Shown one piece after another: positions 7,511 to 16,757 of a stretch of DNA of 64,000 nucleotides. The notes under the pieces were generated by a model. That model saw nothing but the letters and a program-made list of their open reading frames with translations, searched no databases and was not told where the DNA came from. The translations under genes and the position numbers were made by a program. Numbering within the stretch: position 1 is the stretch's first letter; every line of letters starts with the position of its first letter. The DNA lies in the IMG/VR virus record IMGVR_UViG_3300037466_001335, positions 16,926 through 80,925 of that record. The stretch is one strand, 5' to 3'. Source of the DNA: a virus (taxonomy: Duplodnaviria; Caudoviricetes).

Positions 7511-7963
7511 ATGGATAAGATTTGTTTTGAGTGTGATGCGCCTGCAACAGAGGAACATCATGTGATTCCAGAGAGTCTAGGCGGTACACGAACAGTGCCG
7601 CTGTGCGGGCCTTGTCACAATCGAGTGCATGACGGAAACTGGAAGCGACGGGATAACCACTCTGAGCTTACAAAGGAAGGTCTGCGGAGAGCCAAGGCTC
7701 GTGGTGTTAAACTTGGAAATCATACTAATTCAGAGTATGCAAGAAATAAAGGCAGGGAGTCACTTATTGCGAAGTCTGATGCTTTTGCTTTGAAAATATA
7801 TGAAATTATTTTACCTCTGAAAAATCAAGGTTGGGTTTTGGACAAGATAGCAGAATACCTCAATTCTGAAAATATTGCAACAGCTAGAGGTGGTAAGTGG
7901 CACAATAAATCTGTTAGTAATGTATGGATGAGGGCAAAGAGGCTACTTGAAGAAAAAGCTTGA
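7511..7963 (+). CDS. HNH endonuclease domain fused to serine-recombinase C-terminal DNA-binding domain
   Basis: CFEC..EEHHVIP..GG..TVPLCGPCHNRVH (HNH with Zn ligands), then ~90 aa 41% identical to the C-terminus of the adjacent resolvase. Confidence 0.85.
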   Translation: MDKICFECDAPATEEHHVIPESLGGTRTVPLCGPCHNRVHDGNWKRRDNHSELTKEGLRRAKARGVKLGNHTNSEYARNKGRESLIAKSDAFALKIYEIILPLKNQGWVLDKIAEYLNSENIATARGGKWHNKSVSNVWMRAKRLLEEKA

Positions 7964-7988
7964 CGAGCCCTTTTTATTTGTATATCAT
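7960..7988 (+). promoter_or_regulatory. sigma70 promoter for resolvase
   Basis: TTGACG-17-TATCAT. Confidence 0.7.
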
Positions 7989-8018
7989 ACACATATCTAA
8001 ACGTCTCTGGAGCAAATC

Positions 8019-8684
8019 GTGACTAAATCTTTCATCGGTGTGTGCCGCGTCTCCACCCGTGAACAGGGCCAGTCTAAGAACGGCCTTGAAAGCCAACGTG
8101 CTGAAATAGAACGCTGGGCGAAGCATCATGGGTACAACCTTGTTACGATCATGGATGAGGTGATTTCTGGCAGCACCCCTCTGAAGGATCGCCCTGTGAT
8201 GTCGGCTGCTCTGCTTCTTGCTAAGAAGATGAAGGCGCAAGTTGTGGTGACGAAGAGTGATCGATGCTCTCGTGACTTCGACATCTCCCGCGAGTTGATG
8301 CAGAAGAAAAAGCAGGTTGTGGCAATTGATCTGGGGGAGGATGCAGACAGCTTTGTTGAAATCATCTTCTCTGGCCTTGCTGAGAAAGAGCGCAAGATGA
8401 TTGGTCAGCGCACTAAGGCAGGCTTGGCTGCTGCTAAGGCTCGTGGTGTTGTGCTGGGTAATCGTACCAATCTTCCTGAAGCCAGAGAAAAAGCGGCTGC
8501 TGCCATCAAAGAGAAGGCTGACAGGTTCGCTGCTCGTGTGCGTCCACCTATCGAACGCATGGTTCATTGTGGGATGACTTATGCGGAGATTGCTCAAGAG
8601 ATGAACGAGCAGCACATTCCTACAGCGCGAGGTGGAGAGTGGAGTGCAACTAGCGTTTGTCGTATCGTTTCTAGATGGAAATAA
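8019..8684 (+). CDS. small serine recombinase (resolvase/invertase family)
   Basis: RVSTREQ with Ser12 nucleophile, DEVISG, RP, SDRCSRD; C-terminal IAQEMN..IPTARGGEW domain. Confidence 0.92.
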   Translation: MTKSFIGVCRVSTREQGQSKNGLESQRAEIERWAKHHGYNLVTIMDEVISGSTPLKDRPVMSAALLLAKKMKAQVVVTKSDRCSRDFDISRELMQKKKQVVAIDLGEDADSFVEIIFSGLAEKERKMIGQRTKAGLAAAKARGVVLGNRTNLPEAREKAAAAIKEKADRFAARVRPPIERMVHCGMTYAEIAQEMNEQHIPTARGGEWSATSVCRIVSRWK

Positions 8685-8713
8685 TTTTAAAAATTTACTT
8701 TAAGTAACAAAGG

Positions 8714-8757
8714 TATCGTGTTGTTTTAAAAGAAATATCTGACAAATATCGTGTTGT
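8714..8757. repeat. direct repeat TATCGTGTTGT x2, 33 bp period
   Basis: 8714-8724 and 8747-8757, both preceded by ACAAA. Confidence 0.8.
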
Positions 8758-8759
8758 GT

Positions 8760-8791
8760 GGGAGGGTGCTTTCGGGCATGCCTCCCTTTTT
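8760..8791 (+). terminator. intrinsic terminator
   Basis: gggagg-gtgc-UUCG loop-gcat-cctccc then T5. Confidence 0.8.
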
Positions 8792-9515
8792 GCATTTTTG
8801 GGATATAAAATTTTCTGTGATGTGGCCCTCTTAAGGACGAAGGGAGGGGGTCAGGTCCAAAAGTATCGCTTAGGCAGGATCACGGTCTAACAGTGCCCAG
8901 GGAGGGCCATGATCGCACCCATCTAGGGTGAAAAATATCAATTCCGCCTCATCGACAAATCTATATGCCCGTTTTGATCTGTGTTTTAGGCACCCTGTAG
9001 ACTACTCCAAGCACCCTCTTTCGCGTCGCACAGACAGGCCTACCAGCGCACGCTTGCCATCCTCTGCCCCTCATACACCTGCACAATCCCCTCTCCATCG
9101 CCGCCTAGGCCCCTTCCTAGCCCTCCTATCCCCATTCTGCGCAGCTTCCCTGTCTCACCATCTCTGACCCCCTCTATCGCGCTGTCCTGCTGCTGTCCTG
9201 TGCCCTTTCGCCTGGATAGGCGCTGCATATGTGCGTACACACTGTCGAAGACAGGCTTCTCGTAGAGATGACACTGCTACGGATAGCACTTTGGCAACAC
9301 ATAACCCGTTGGTTATGAATAATGTCTGTCACGGAATACCTCTCGTTGATGACAAGGGTTTTCGGATTTTGAGTCAGGGACGAGTTTTCGTCAAACACAG
9401 ATCACAGTCTATAATCTAGACCTAATAGCACATCGGATAGAATAGACGCCACTCTGTCCGCAATTAACTGTTATGGCACACTATACAGCAACACAAAAGC
9501 GCTCGCACAAATGGC
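8792..9515. other. non-coding zone between convergent terminators (possible terminus/origin)
   Basis: No RBS-supported ORF; purine/pyrimidine skew flips here; 11 bp inverted repeat 8844-8854/9164-9174. Confidence 0.6.
9336..9354. repeat. 19 bp dispersed direct repeat, copy 1
   Basis: ATACCTCTCGTTGATGACA, 18/19 identical to 27965-27983. Confidence 0.65.
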
Positions 9516-9536
9516 AAAAGCCACCTATACGGTGGC
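9516..9536 (-). terminator. intrinsic terminator ending early block
   Basis: gccacc-gtata-ggtggc then TTTT on minus strand. Confidence 0.75.
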
Positions 9537-9560
9537 CTGTTTAGTGTTGCTTTGCATTCG

Positions 9561-9758
9561 TCAATCGGCTATATAAGCTGCATATTCCTCATCGTATGGG
9601 TACGGTAGATACACAACACCATACACATAAGCACTCTTATTCAGATTGTTGATTGCCCTAATGTACTGCGGGAGTGTTGTCTTAGTCATGCTGTATTCTA
9701 CAGTCTCTGTACCATCACGTAGATTCAAGCACACAATGCGACGATTAATTGATTGCAT
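9561..9758 (-). CDS. hypothetical protein
   Basis: AGAGG RBS; last gene before terminator. Confidence 0.7.
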   Translation of the reverse strand: MQSINRRIVCLNLRDGTETVEYSMTKTTLPQYIRAINNLNKSAYVYGVVYLPYPYDEEYAAYIAD

Positions 9759-10279
9759 CTTCTAACCTCTCTTCTAAGTCTTGCACAATGTCACTATCCA
9801 CACACTTACAATCAGGACACATACCAATACTCTTAGCGTGCATGCTCCATAGCGTTGCATCACACTCTTTGCATTTGTTGCTTACGTAGACGTAGCTCAT
9901 TGCACCACCTCAAACAGTTGATTAATTTGTTCGCACGACAACATGTAGCCTTCATTCAGACGGGCAGTCTTAGCTCGCATAATCTTGATACCCTTGTCTT
10001 GCATATGCTTAGGATTGGTGACGGTGAAGACATCGCCAACTTTAACCTTGCAAGCACGTCCAGGACCTTCAAGCTTCATGCTGAATTCAACTTTAGCCAC
10101 CAAGTTAGAGAACTGTTCGAGGATCATTTTTAGCTCCATGTGTTTGTTTGCATCCGATGTAAGAATCGTAGCAAAACCTGACAAGCATTACAAGCACTTT
10201 GTTTAGAGTGCTTCCTCTAATTCTTATGTTTCTTATTCGTTAGGCCCTATGGTACAAATAATGAGGCGGCATGTCTCAA

Positions 10280-10363
10280 TCAATCTATCAAAGCTGACTT
10301 ATCCATTCCATTCTTAGTATTAGCCTTAATGACATGCTGATTAACATGTATTATGGGTTTCAT
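10280..10363 (-). pseudogene. possible truncated remnant of a conserved phage protein (IHVNQHVIK family)
   Basis: 27 aa MKPIIHVNQHVIKANTKNG with good RBS; from memory resembles the N-terminus of ~70-80 aa phage proteins. Confidence 0.35.
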
Positions 10364-10447
10364 CTCTTCCCCTCGTTGACCACATTGTAGCAGACATCCT
10401 CATCCCTGGACTAATTTCTAATTCTATTCTGTAGTGGGATTCCTAAA

Positions 10448-10570
10448 TCATTTATCCTTCCACTTCCCCTTGTCCCTCCAAGCACTCCTCACAACATAGC
10501 CTATTGCCACAATAGCAAGAACTCCAACAGGAACAAACACTAGGTATTCGAGGATGTCTTCGTAGGTCAT
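10448..10570 (-). CDS. small single-pass membrane protein
   Basis: 40 aa, hydrophobic core then basic tail; below ORF-track cutoff. Confidence 0.55.
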   Translation of the reverse strand: MTYEDILEYLVFVPVGVLAIVAIGYVVRSAWRDKGKWKDK

Positions 10571-10571
10571 G

Positions 10572-10826
10572 TTACAACCCCAATTCTTTCAGCAGTGCAT
10601 CAGCGTCGAAGTCTTCCACACGAGGCTCACTGTACACTTCGCCATCAAGCATAATCACAGCAGTGGCAACGTCAAGAAAATTGTAGTGCTGCGGATGCGC
10701 TTTAGCCTGCTCAATGTGACGCTTAAGATTCTTGATTTCAGAGAACGTGGCAAGCGGGCTTGCAGTTGCTTTGAAGAACTCATTACCGCTCTTGTCAGTG
10801 ATACAGATGTTGTGCCAGTCGTTCAT
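10572..10826 (-). CDS. hypothetical protein
   Basis: AGGAGA RBS, 84 aa. Confidence 0.75.
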   Translation of the reverse strand: MNDWHNICITDKSGNEFFKATASPLATFSEIKNLKRHIEQAKAHPQHYNFLDVATAVIMLDGEVYSEPRVEDFDADALLKELGL

Positions 10827-11653
10827 GATGTTCTCCTAGTTGATGTGTTTGCTGCTCCAATAGACACATCATCTCACACTAGAACTTAGCCTGTCAAGCG
10901 TTTTAAGCACTATTCCTCTACTTCCCACTCTTGCACATAATACATAAACCTTTCATCTTCTCTTGTCTCGGTAGCTTTCTCAGCGCCCTCTTCCGTTAAG
11001 TGGATGCTCACAATACCATCACAGCCTTCGTCCATCAGTTTCCGTACAACGTAAACAGTAGCCATATCACTCCCCTCAAATGTAAACAATCTTCCGTTTC
11101 ATAACATACAACACATCTTCCCTCTTAATCTCTGGGCTATCCTTTAGCAGCCTCTCTATCGCTTCAAGCTTGCTGCCAGCACACACAATAGCTTTCTCCC
11201 ATATGTAGCGCTCTAGCCCGATGTTCCATTGCATGTAGTTGACTTCGTACATGGCTGTTGCTCCTCACTGACAAGCGACTTCACATATCTTTCTAGTTTC
11301 TCCCAAGCTTCTTTCTCACGATGCTCGTTTTCGTTACTAACATAACCTGTAACACTGTACAGCATCTCATTACGCGATTGAACAGACGCATAGCTAGAAG
11401 CCAGTACGAGAATCTGTTTAGCTTGCTCTTGTGTAATCATAGCATTACTCCGTACCTATCAGTTCAAGATTTTGTCTATCTGCAAGATCATGCCTGTATT
11501 GATCGAAATCAATCATTACATCATTCTCATCCCTCAACACCCATCTCCCACCCATCTGATTATTGTTCGGTGTACGGGAATGGTATTCTCTTTTCATTAT
11601 CCATCTGTTTGTTGGTGATGCATATACATCTCCTAGCATAATCATTGGTATTT

Positions 11654-11881
11654 TCATTCTTCCCTCTCTTCCGGCAACAAACAGAAATGTGTAGGCATGA
11701 ACAAATGGGGCCAACGAATGAAGTCATCAGGACGCATGAACTCGTCAATATCATTCACCCAAACACACCAAGGATCGCTTGTATAAACGATCTTACCAAG
11801 ATGCACATCAAACGCCTTCACAACAAACATTTCGTTGCCCTTGACATATTCTCCAAGCTTGTCAATGCTAATCCATTTCAT
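11654..11881 (-). CDS. hypothetical protein (MKWIS.. type)
   Basis: W-I-S start and THF-LP end reminiscent of DUF551-type phage proteins. Confidence 0.6.
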   Translation of the reverse strand: MKWISIDKLGEYVKGNEMFVVKAFDVHLGKIVYTSDPWCVWVNDIDEFMRPDDFIRWPHLFMPTHFCLLPEEREE

Positions 11882-12079
11882 AGCTATTCCTTCACATCAA
11901 ACTAAGATTGTGCGGATGATATTGCTCAGACTCACCTGTACATAGAGACACAACAACATCAACTCCATTCTTGCTGTTCAGAGCAAATCCTTCCACATGT
12001 CCAATCAATCCCTCGTGAGTTTGTACAACTACACCTTTAGCGAATTGTCCAATATTCTCATCAAAGTAAATGTTCATAT

Positions 12080-12469
12080 TTATTTCTCCTCCCCAATCTC
12101 AATCATCGGCATTGTATTAGCCTTAGCTTGCCATACAGTAACATTCGTATGCGTATTTAAGGACTCGTCAGACATCACAATGAGCAATCCCTTATGACTC
12201 CTCAACAGCATACACTCTAAATCATCCTCATGGAAGCATACACGAGAAAGCACACGATTGACAATAGCTCGTCTCACCCCATTCTTGCCCATAGCCTGTT
12301 CCGTGTAGCACCCTCTGTCATAGCCTAGAATGTTGAGGCAATATGTTGTCTTCAGATGTAGGCCTGAGAGGGGATTGGCTTTCTCGTTAGCTTGTGTGGC
12401 TTTGACGGAGAGACCCATTAAGGCAAGCATGGAGACACAGGATACGATAAGCTTGATGCCGGAGATCAT
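12080..12469 (-). CDS. putative secreted/periplasmic protein
   Basis: Signal-peptide-like N-terminus ending ATQA; four Cys in the mature part. Confidence 0.65.
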   Translation of the reverse strand: MISGIKLIVSCVSMLALMGLSVKATQANEKANPLSGLHLKTTYCLNILGYDRGCYTEQAMGKNGVRRAIVNRVLSRVCFHEDDLECMLLRSHKGLLIVMSDESLNTHTNVTVWQAKANTMPMIEIGEEK

Positions 12470-12478
12470 GATTGTTCC

Positions 12479-12595
12479 TCAGAGAATGCCCGCTTTGTGA
12501 AAGTCGTAAGCAATAGCAAACGGGATAGCAATGAACGTAGCAGCCGTTGCAGTGATGAACACAATCCATGCTGCGGTTTCAAGCTTCTTAAACAT
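12479..12595 (-). CDS. small membrane protein
   Basis: AGGAGA RBS, one TM segment. Confidence 0.6.
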   Translation of the reverse strand: MFKKLETAAWIVFITATAATFIAIPFAIAYDFHKAGIL

Positions 12596-12632
12596 GTTGT
12601 TCTCCTTGTGTGTTTGTGCATCCAATGAGTCT

Positions 12633-12661
12633 ATTTTAGGACGATTGCACACAGAATGCAA
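12633..12661 (-). promoter_or_regulatory. sigma70 promoter
   Basis: TTGCAT-17-TAAAAT. Confidence 0.7.
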
Positions 12662-12857
12662 GAAGATTCTTAAAATTTTTATGGTTGATTGCTAGCAAGC
12701 TCTTTGATAGCGTCTACAAGCCATGACCAATCACCCTCACCGAATGCAGGGCTAGCCTGCTCCACTAGGTCTGCTGCGGCCTGTGCAACGCTCTTACGGT
12801 ATTTCTGCACTTCCTCTCTTGTGTATGTTCTAGTTGATGTATCCATACCTAACTACC

Positions 12858-13046
12858 TCATTTAAAGATGGCTGTAGTGGCCCACACAATACAACACACA
12901 AACAGTGCAGGAATTGCCCTAAACAATCTACCCACATCACTGAACGAGCCAAAACCATTAATAGGCCAAAGCACTACCCAAACAAATGCAACAAAAGTAA
13001 CTAATGTTGGAAACATCCACCAAGTAATATCCAGAGTAATATTCAT
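12858..13046 (-). CDS. two-TM membrane protein
   Basis: GGAGGG RBS, two hydrophobic segments. Confidence 0.65.
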   Translation of the reverse strand: MNITLDITWWMFPTLVTFVAFVWVVLWPINGFGSFSDVGRLFRAIPALFVCCIVWATTAIFK

Positions 13047-13659
13047 AACAATGCCCTCCCTTTATATCTGTACGCATCTTGAAACATCTTACTAAGCTTT
13101 GCAAGCACTATTTACAAATCATCATTCAAGCCTTTTTCTTCAAGGAATACTTCTACTGCAATCTTGTAGTCTCCGCAATGGTATCCTTCAAGTGTTCCTT
13201 CAAAGAAAGCCTCTTTAATCAGTGTGATAGCATCACTCTTAGATACAAGTTCTACTAAATTTGGATGATACCGAACATGCAAGGGGATCGCTTTCTCATC
13301 TACATAATAACAATTTAAAGCTTTGTTGTACCACATTATAGTATTCATAACTTTATCTCTGTTTCCGTAAAGAATCCATTAACCTAACAATCTGAGAAAG
13401 CCTTTCTATCATTACATGATATAACTCATCTACCGCAATATCTTTTGTTGTGCAGTACATATACATGCCTTCTCCATTGCTTTTTATGGGGAGCCAAAAG
13501 TTTAGCAAAGTGGTGTTGTCTACAAAACCGCCTTCAATCTCGGTTAGCGTAATATTGTCTTTGTCAATCAGCCAAATTGTATCATACATGATATTGTCCC
13601 TTCTTAGCTTTCTTCTCTGCCAAATTCTTTTGCAAACATGTTAGCACAAGCGAAAGCCG

Positions 13660-14007
13660 TTAGGCTTGAGTCTTGGCTGTCTTGGATGCGAGGTCTTCCC
13701 GCAGACATGACAGCATCCAGTCAATCCACTGTAGCCTGTAGCGCTTCATACTGTTAGCATTACGGGATAGTTCTGGTTGATCCCTCTCCAACCATTGATC
13801 AAGATATACATAGTTACCTAATCGCTTGCTGATGTAGTCACGAAGATTGTTTGCTGCTAAGCGGTATTTAGACTCTTCTGTAAGGTAATAAGACCAATAG
13901 ATTGCAGCACAAATCCCTCTAAACTCCCCACTCTTAATCTTCTTCCTAGCCCTCTGCAATACTTCAATCTTCGCTTCGAGCATTTCGATGCTATCTTTCT
14001 TAGCCAT
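13660..14007 (-). CDS. hypothetical protein
   Basis: AGGA RBS, 115 aa, RLQWIDWM C-terminal motif. Confidence 0.75.
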   Translation of the reverse strand: MAKKDSIEMLEAKIEVLQRARKKIKSGEFRGICAAIYWSYYLTEESKYRLAANNLRDYISKRLGNYVYLDQWLERDQPELSRNANSMKRYRLQWIDWMLSCLREDLASKTAKTQA

Positions 14008-14008
14008 G

Positions 14009-14185
14009 TTAGATTTCCTCCAAAATCATCTCACAAATGTCTTCACACGTTGAAAGCCATGTCATTGCATACTCAGCTTCATGCAAAGACTTGAATTTAT
14101 AAGCATGACGGTATTCGACCTGCCAACTCCATCCGGCAAAATCTTGTTCGAAATACTTACCGTCACTGTTTTTGATGATATACAT
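14009..14185 (-). CDS. hypothetical protein
   Basis: GAGGGGG RBS, 58 aa. Confidence 0.65.
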   Translation of the reverse strand: MYIIKNSDGKYFEQDFAGWSWQVEYRHAYKFKSLHEAEYAMTWLSTCEDICEMILEEI

Positions 14186-14210
14186 AATCAAATCCCCCTC
14201 TGTTGAAAAC

Positions 14211-14402
14211 TTAAGAGTTCCGCAAGGAACGAGTAAGACGTTGCGAAGCGGCGTACCTACGTTTAAATGCTTTCCAGCCTTCCCTCTCGAAAGCCTCCTC
14301 ATACATTCCCTTCTCCGCTTCCTGGCGCTCTTTATTGCTGCCTAGCATGTCATGAATGAGGATGACGAGGGAGAGGGACATTAAGATGATGGATGGGAGC
14401 AT
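14211..14402 (-). CDS. small membrane-anchored protein
   Basis: N-terminal TM; shares its RBS-to-ATG sequence with 13660..14007. Confidence 0.6.
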   Translation of the reverse strand: MLPSIILMSLSLVILIHDMLGSNKERQEAEKGMYEEAFEREGWKAFKRRYAASQRLTRSLRNS

Positions 14403-15733
14403 GTTAGATTTCCTTTAAATGTCAATGACAATATCATAGTCTCGTTGATCTTCTACTTGCATAATTTCCCAAGGTTCAAGCTTACGATCACTTACCCATT
14501 GCCCGTCAGGGTGTTTCCACATAAGCCATCCAGCAAATCTGCCAATCATACATGCAGCATATTGTTCTTGTCCCGACTTGGTTTGCAATAGGACGAAACC
14601 CTCAGGCATATTCGTATTCGACAAAATGCACTCCTTCATAATTGTTGAAAATCTCCATCAGTGCATCCCATTTGCTGTTGGCACTTACAAATTTTGTGAT
14701 GGAATACTCACATCCTGCGGCACCTTTAGGTTTGCCCATGAAAGTGATTTTATACGTCATCATATCATTCCCCTTATTCAGCACAACAAACACAAGCCTT
14801 CCAGCCCTCCACCCATTGCACAGCGTTATAGCTTCCTCTCATGTATGGACATTGAGACAGCTTGGCATATCCGTAGAGATGGGCGTTGTATCCTACATTG
14901 TATGCGAGGGACATGGCAGGCTCCTATAGTTAAATTTCTACAGCATCCAAACACCAGTCTACATTCTTGAGCATATCCCATTTCTTTGTGTACTGTTGCT
15001 CATGCTCAATTTGTTTAAGTGCTGTTCCTTTTGCATAGTAACTGTCTGTAGACACTACATCAATGTAAGCAAACACTTTGTTTGTGTAGCGTTCTTGCAC
15101 AAACACTAAATATTGTTTCTTGTTCATGGTGTTATTAGTATTTCTTAAAGAGGATGATGTAGATAAGATACCCTAAAACCACTGCAAGCACAAGATATGT
15201 TAGCACGGTTAATGTGTCGTCGTATGACATGTCACTCACTTCCTGTATTTCCTGTTAAACAAGATGTTTTCTATTGTCTCTTCTGCACTCTTGCCGTATC
15301 CGTAGCTGTGTACAACAGTTGAAACATCTTCTATGTCAATAGGTTGTTTTCCTTTTGCTACTAACATAAGGTCTACTTTTGTTAAGAAGTAATCGTAATC
15401 TTTAGGGTCCATATTAAGCTTCCAATTCATCAACAAAGAACTTGCACACAAGAGCCAATACAGCAAAACTTACAGGCATTGCCAGTGCTGTTCCAACACC
15501 AACAGCTTGCACGAACAGTACTCCAGCAAACAGAGAGACGCCACAACCAATAACACTCACCATACATACGAACATCAGGACAAGTGTAAGTTTTTCTTTG
15601 TTGGTCATGTTATGCTCCGTGTTTGTTGATTCGATGTGTGTATCTTACCTAAGCTTTCTAAGTTGTGCAAACATTTTCTTAAGAATTTTATTGTTGCAGA
15701 AATGACAAAACCGCCCGTAGGCGGCGAATGTTG

Positions 15734-15877
15734 CTAGAACGGCGTCCAGTTCTTATCGTACATTGCAAAGTCTTCGTCTAGTTGCTTCCAGAACTCTGGA
15801 CCGTCTTGCAACTCTTTCAGTTGTGCAACTTCTGTGTTGACGTAAGATTGCCACACTTCATAATCGATTTCTTCCAT
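15734..15877 (-). CDS. small acidic protein
   Basis: GAGGA RBS; 47 aa MEEIDYEVWQ..DKNWTPF; 12 D/E versus 3 K. Confidence 0.7.
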   Translation of the reverse strand: MEEIDYEVWQSYVNTEVAQLKELQDGPEFWKQLDEDFAMYDKNWTPF

Positions 15878-15940
15878 ATTTCCTCTTAAAAGCAAATAAC
15901 CGCCTCTAGGACGGTTTCTTGTAATTTGTTTGTTTTGCGC

Positions 15941-16699
15941 TTAAAATGACTCGTTCATGGCACTCATAAAGCTGTCAAAGTCACACTCTTCCACACTGTC
16001 CGAAAAAGTGTAATCTTGCACTATGCACTTTTCTACCTCAGGGAAATTTGGTGCGCACTTTTGCGTATAAGTATTTATAGAGTGCATAAAGTGCATACCT
16101 TCATCTGTGCCAGTGTCAGAGTTACGTTCTTCAAGCATAAGAACAATATCATTCAACCTGTCACAGTGCGTCTCTACACCCTCAGGGGTAAGGCCACTAC
16201 CATACAACAGTTTAATGATGGCGTATCTAATGCTCAGATCATAGGATGAATCCAAGTCTAGTTCGCGTCGAAAGTAAGACACTTGCTCACTAAGGCTAAT
16301 CATAACGTTGTCAACTGACGACATTAGCATGTTAAAACTAATCCTTGCGTTCTCAGGTTGCATCCAATACGGTCTAATAAGTGTGTTTGGTTGCTTCTTA
16401 ATTGCAGCCTTAAACCGTTTGATTGCTTTTTCTTCCATGTCTTGACTTTCCTTGGTGCCATCTTGTGGATAGATAGATCGAACAAGATACTTGATTTCTG
16501 CTACAGTGATTCCAGTAACAGACTGTGCAATCTTAACCGCTTGTTTGATTGCTTCTTTCTCATCCTTGTTCTTCTCAACATCTTTAAGATTCTTCTTACA
16601 CCAGTCTACACTATACCCTGTAGATTCAGCAATTTGTTGGTATGTCTGGCCTGCGGCCCGTAGTTCAATGGCTTGTTGTTTCTTATCTTGTGGCGTCAT
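15941..16699 (-). CDS. N-terminal HTH DNA-binding protein
   Basis: AIELRAAGQTYQQIAESTGYSVDWCKK HTH; own consensus promoter. Confidence 0.8.
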   Translation of the reverse strand: MTPQDKKQQAIELRAAGQTYQQIAESTGYSVDWCKKNLKDVEKNKDEKEAIKQAVKIAQSVTGITVAEIKYLVRSIYPQDGTKESQDMEEKAIKRFKAAIKKQPNTLIRPYWMQPENARISFNMLMSSVDNVMISLSEQVSYFRRELDLDSSYDLSIRYAIIKLLYGSGLTPEGVETHCDRLNDIVLMLEERNSDTGTDEGMHFMHSINTYTQKCAPNFPEVEKCIVQDYTFSDSVEECDFDSFMSAMNESF

Positions 16700-16728
16700 A
16701 AATTACCTTACATGATTCAATAAGTGTA

Positions 16729-16757
16729 ATTATACACCTTCTTATTAAGCCTGTCAA
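16729..16757 (-). promoter_or_regulatory. sigma70 promoter
   Basis: TTGACA-17-TATAAT. Confidence 0.9.

Larger units (their letters stand above)
14005..14414. repeat. 15 bp direct repeat of translation-initiation region
   Basis: CATGTTAGATTTCCT at 14005-14019 and 14400-14414 (minus: AGGAAATCTAACATG). Confidence 0.8.

Noticed and set aside
8019-8684. Serine recombinase as an integrase indicating lysogeny
   Set aside because: Only 221 aa with no zinc-ribbon/coiled-coil domain of large serine integrases; no repressor module; Tyr762 polymerase and full replication set fit a lytic phage.
8928-9419. Short ORFs in the silent zone
   Set aside because: Low-complexity translations, mutually overlapping, mostly no RBS, between convergent terminators.
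10369-10379. Third partial copy of the 19 bp repeat (CCCCTCGTTGA)
   Set aside because: Only 11 bp and explained as the GAGGGG RBS of the ORF at 10363.
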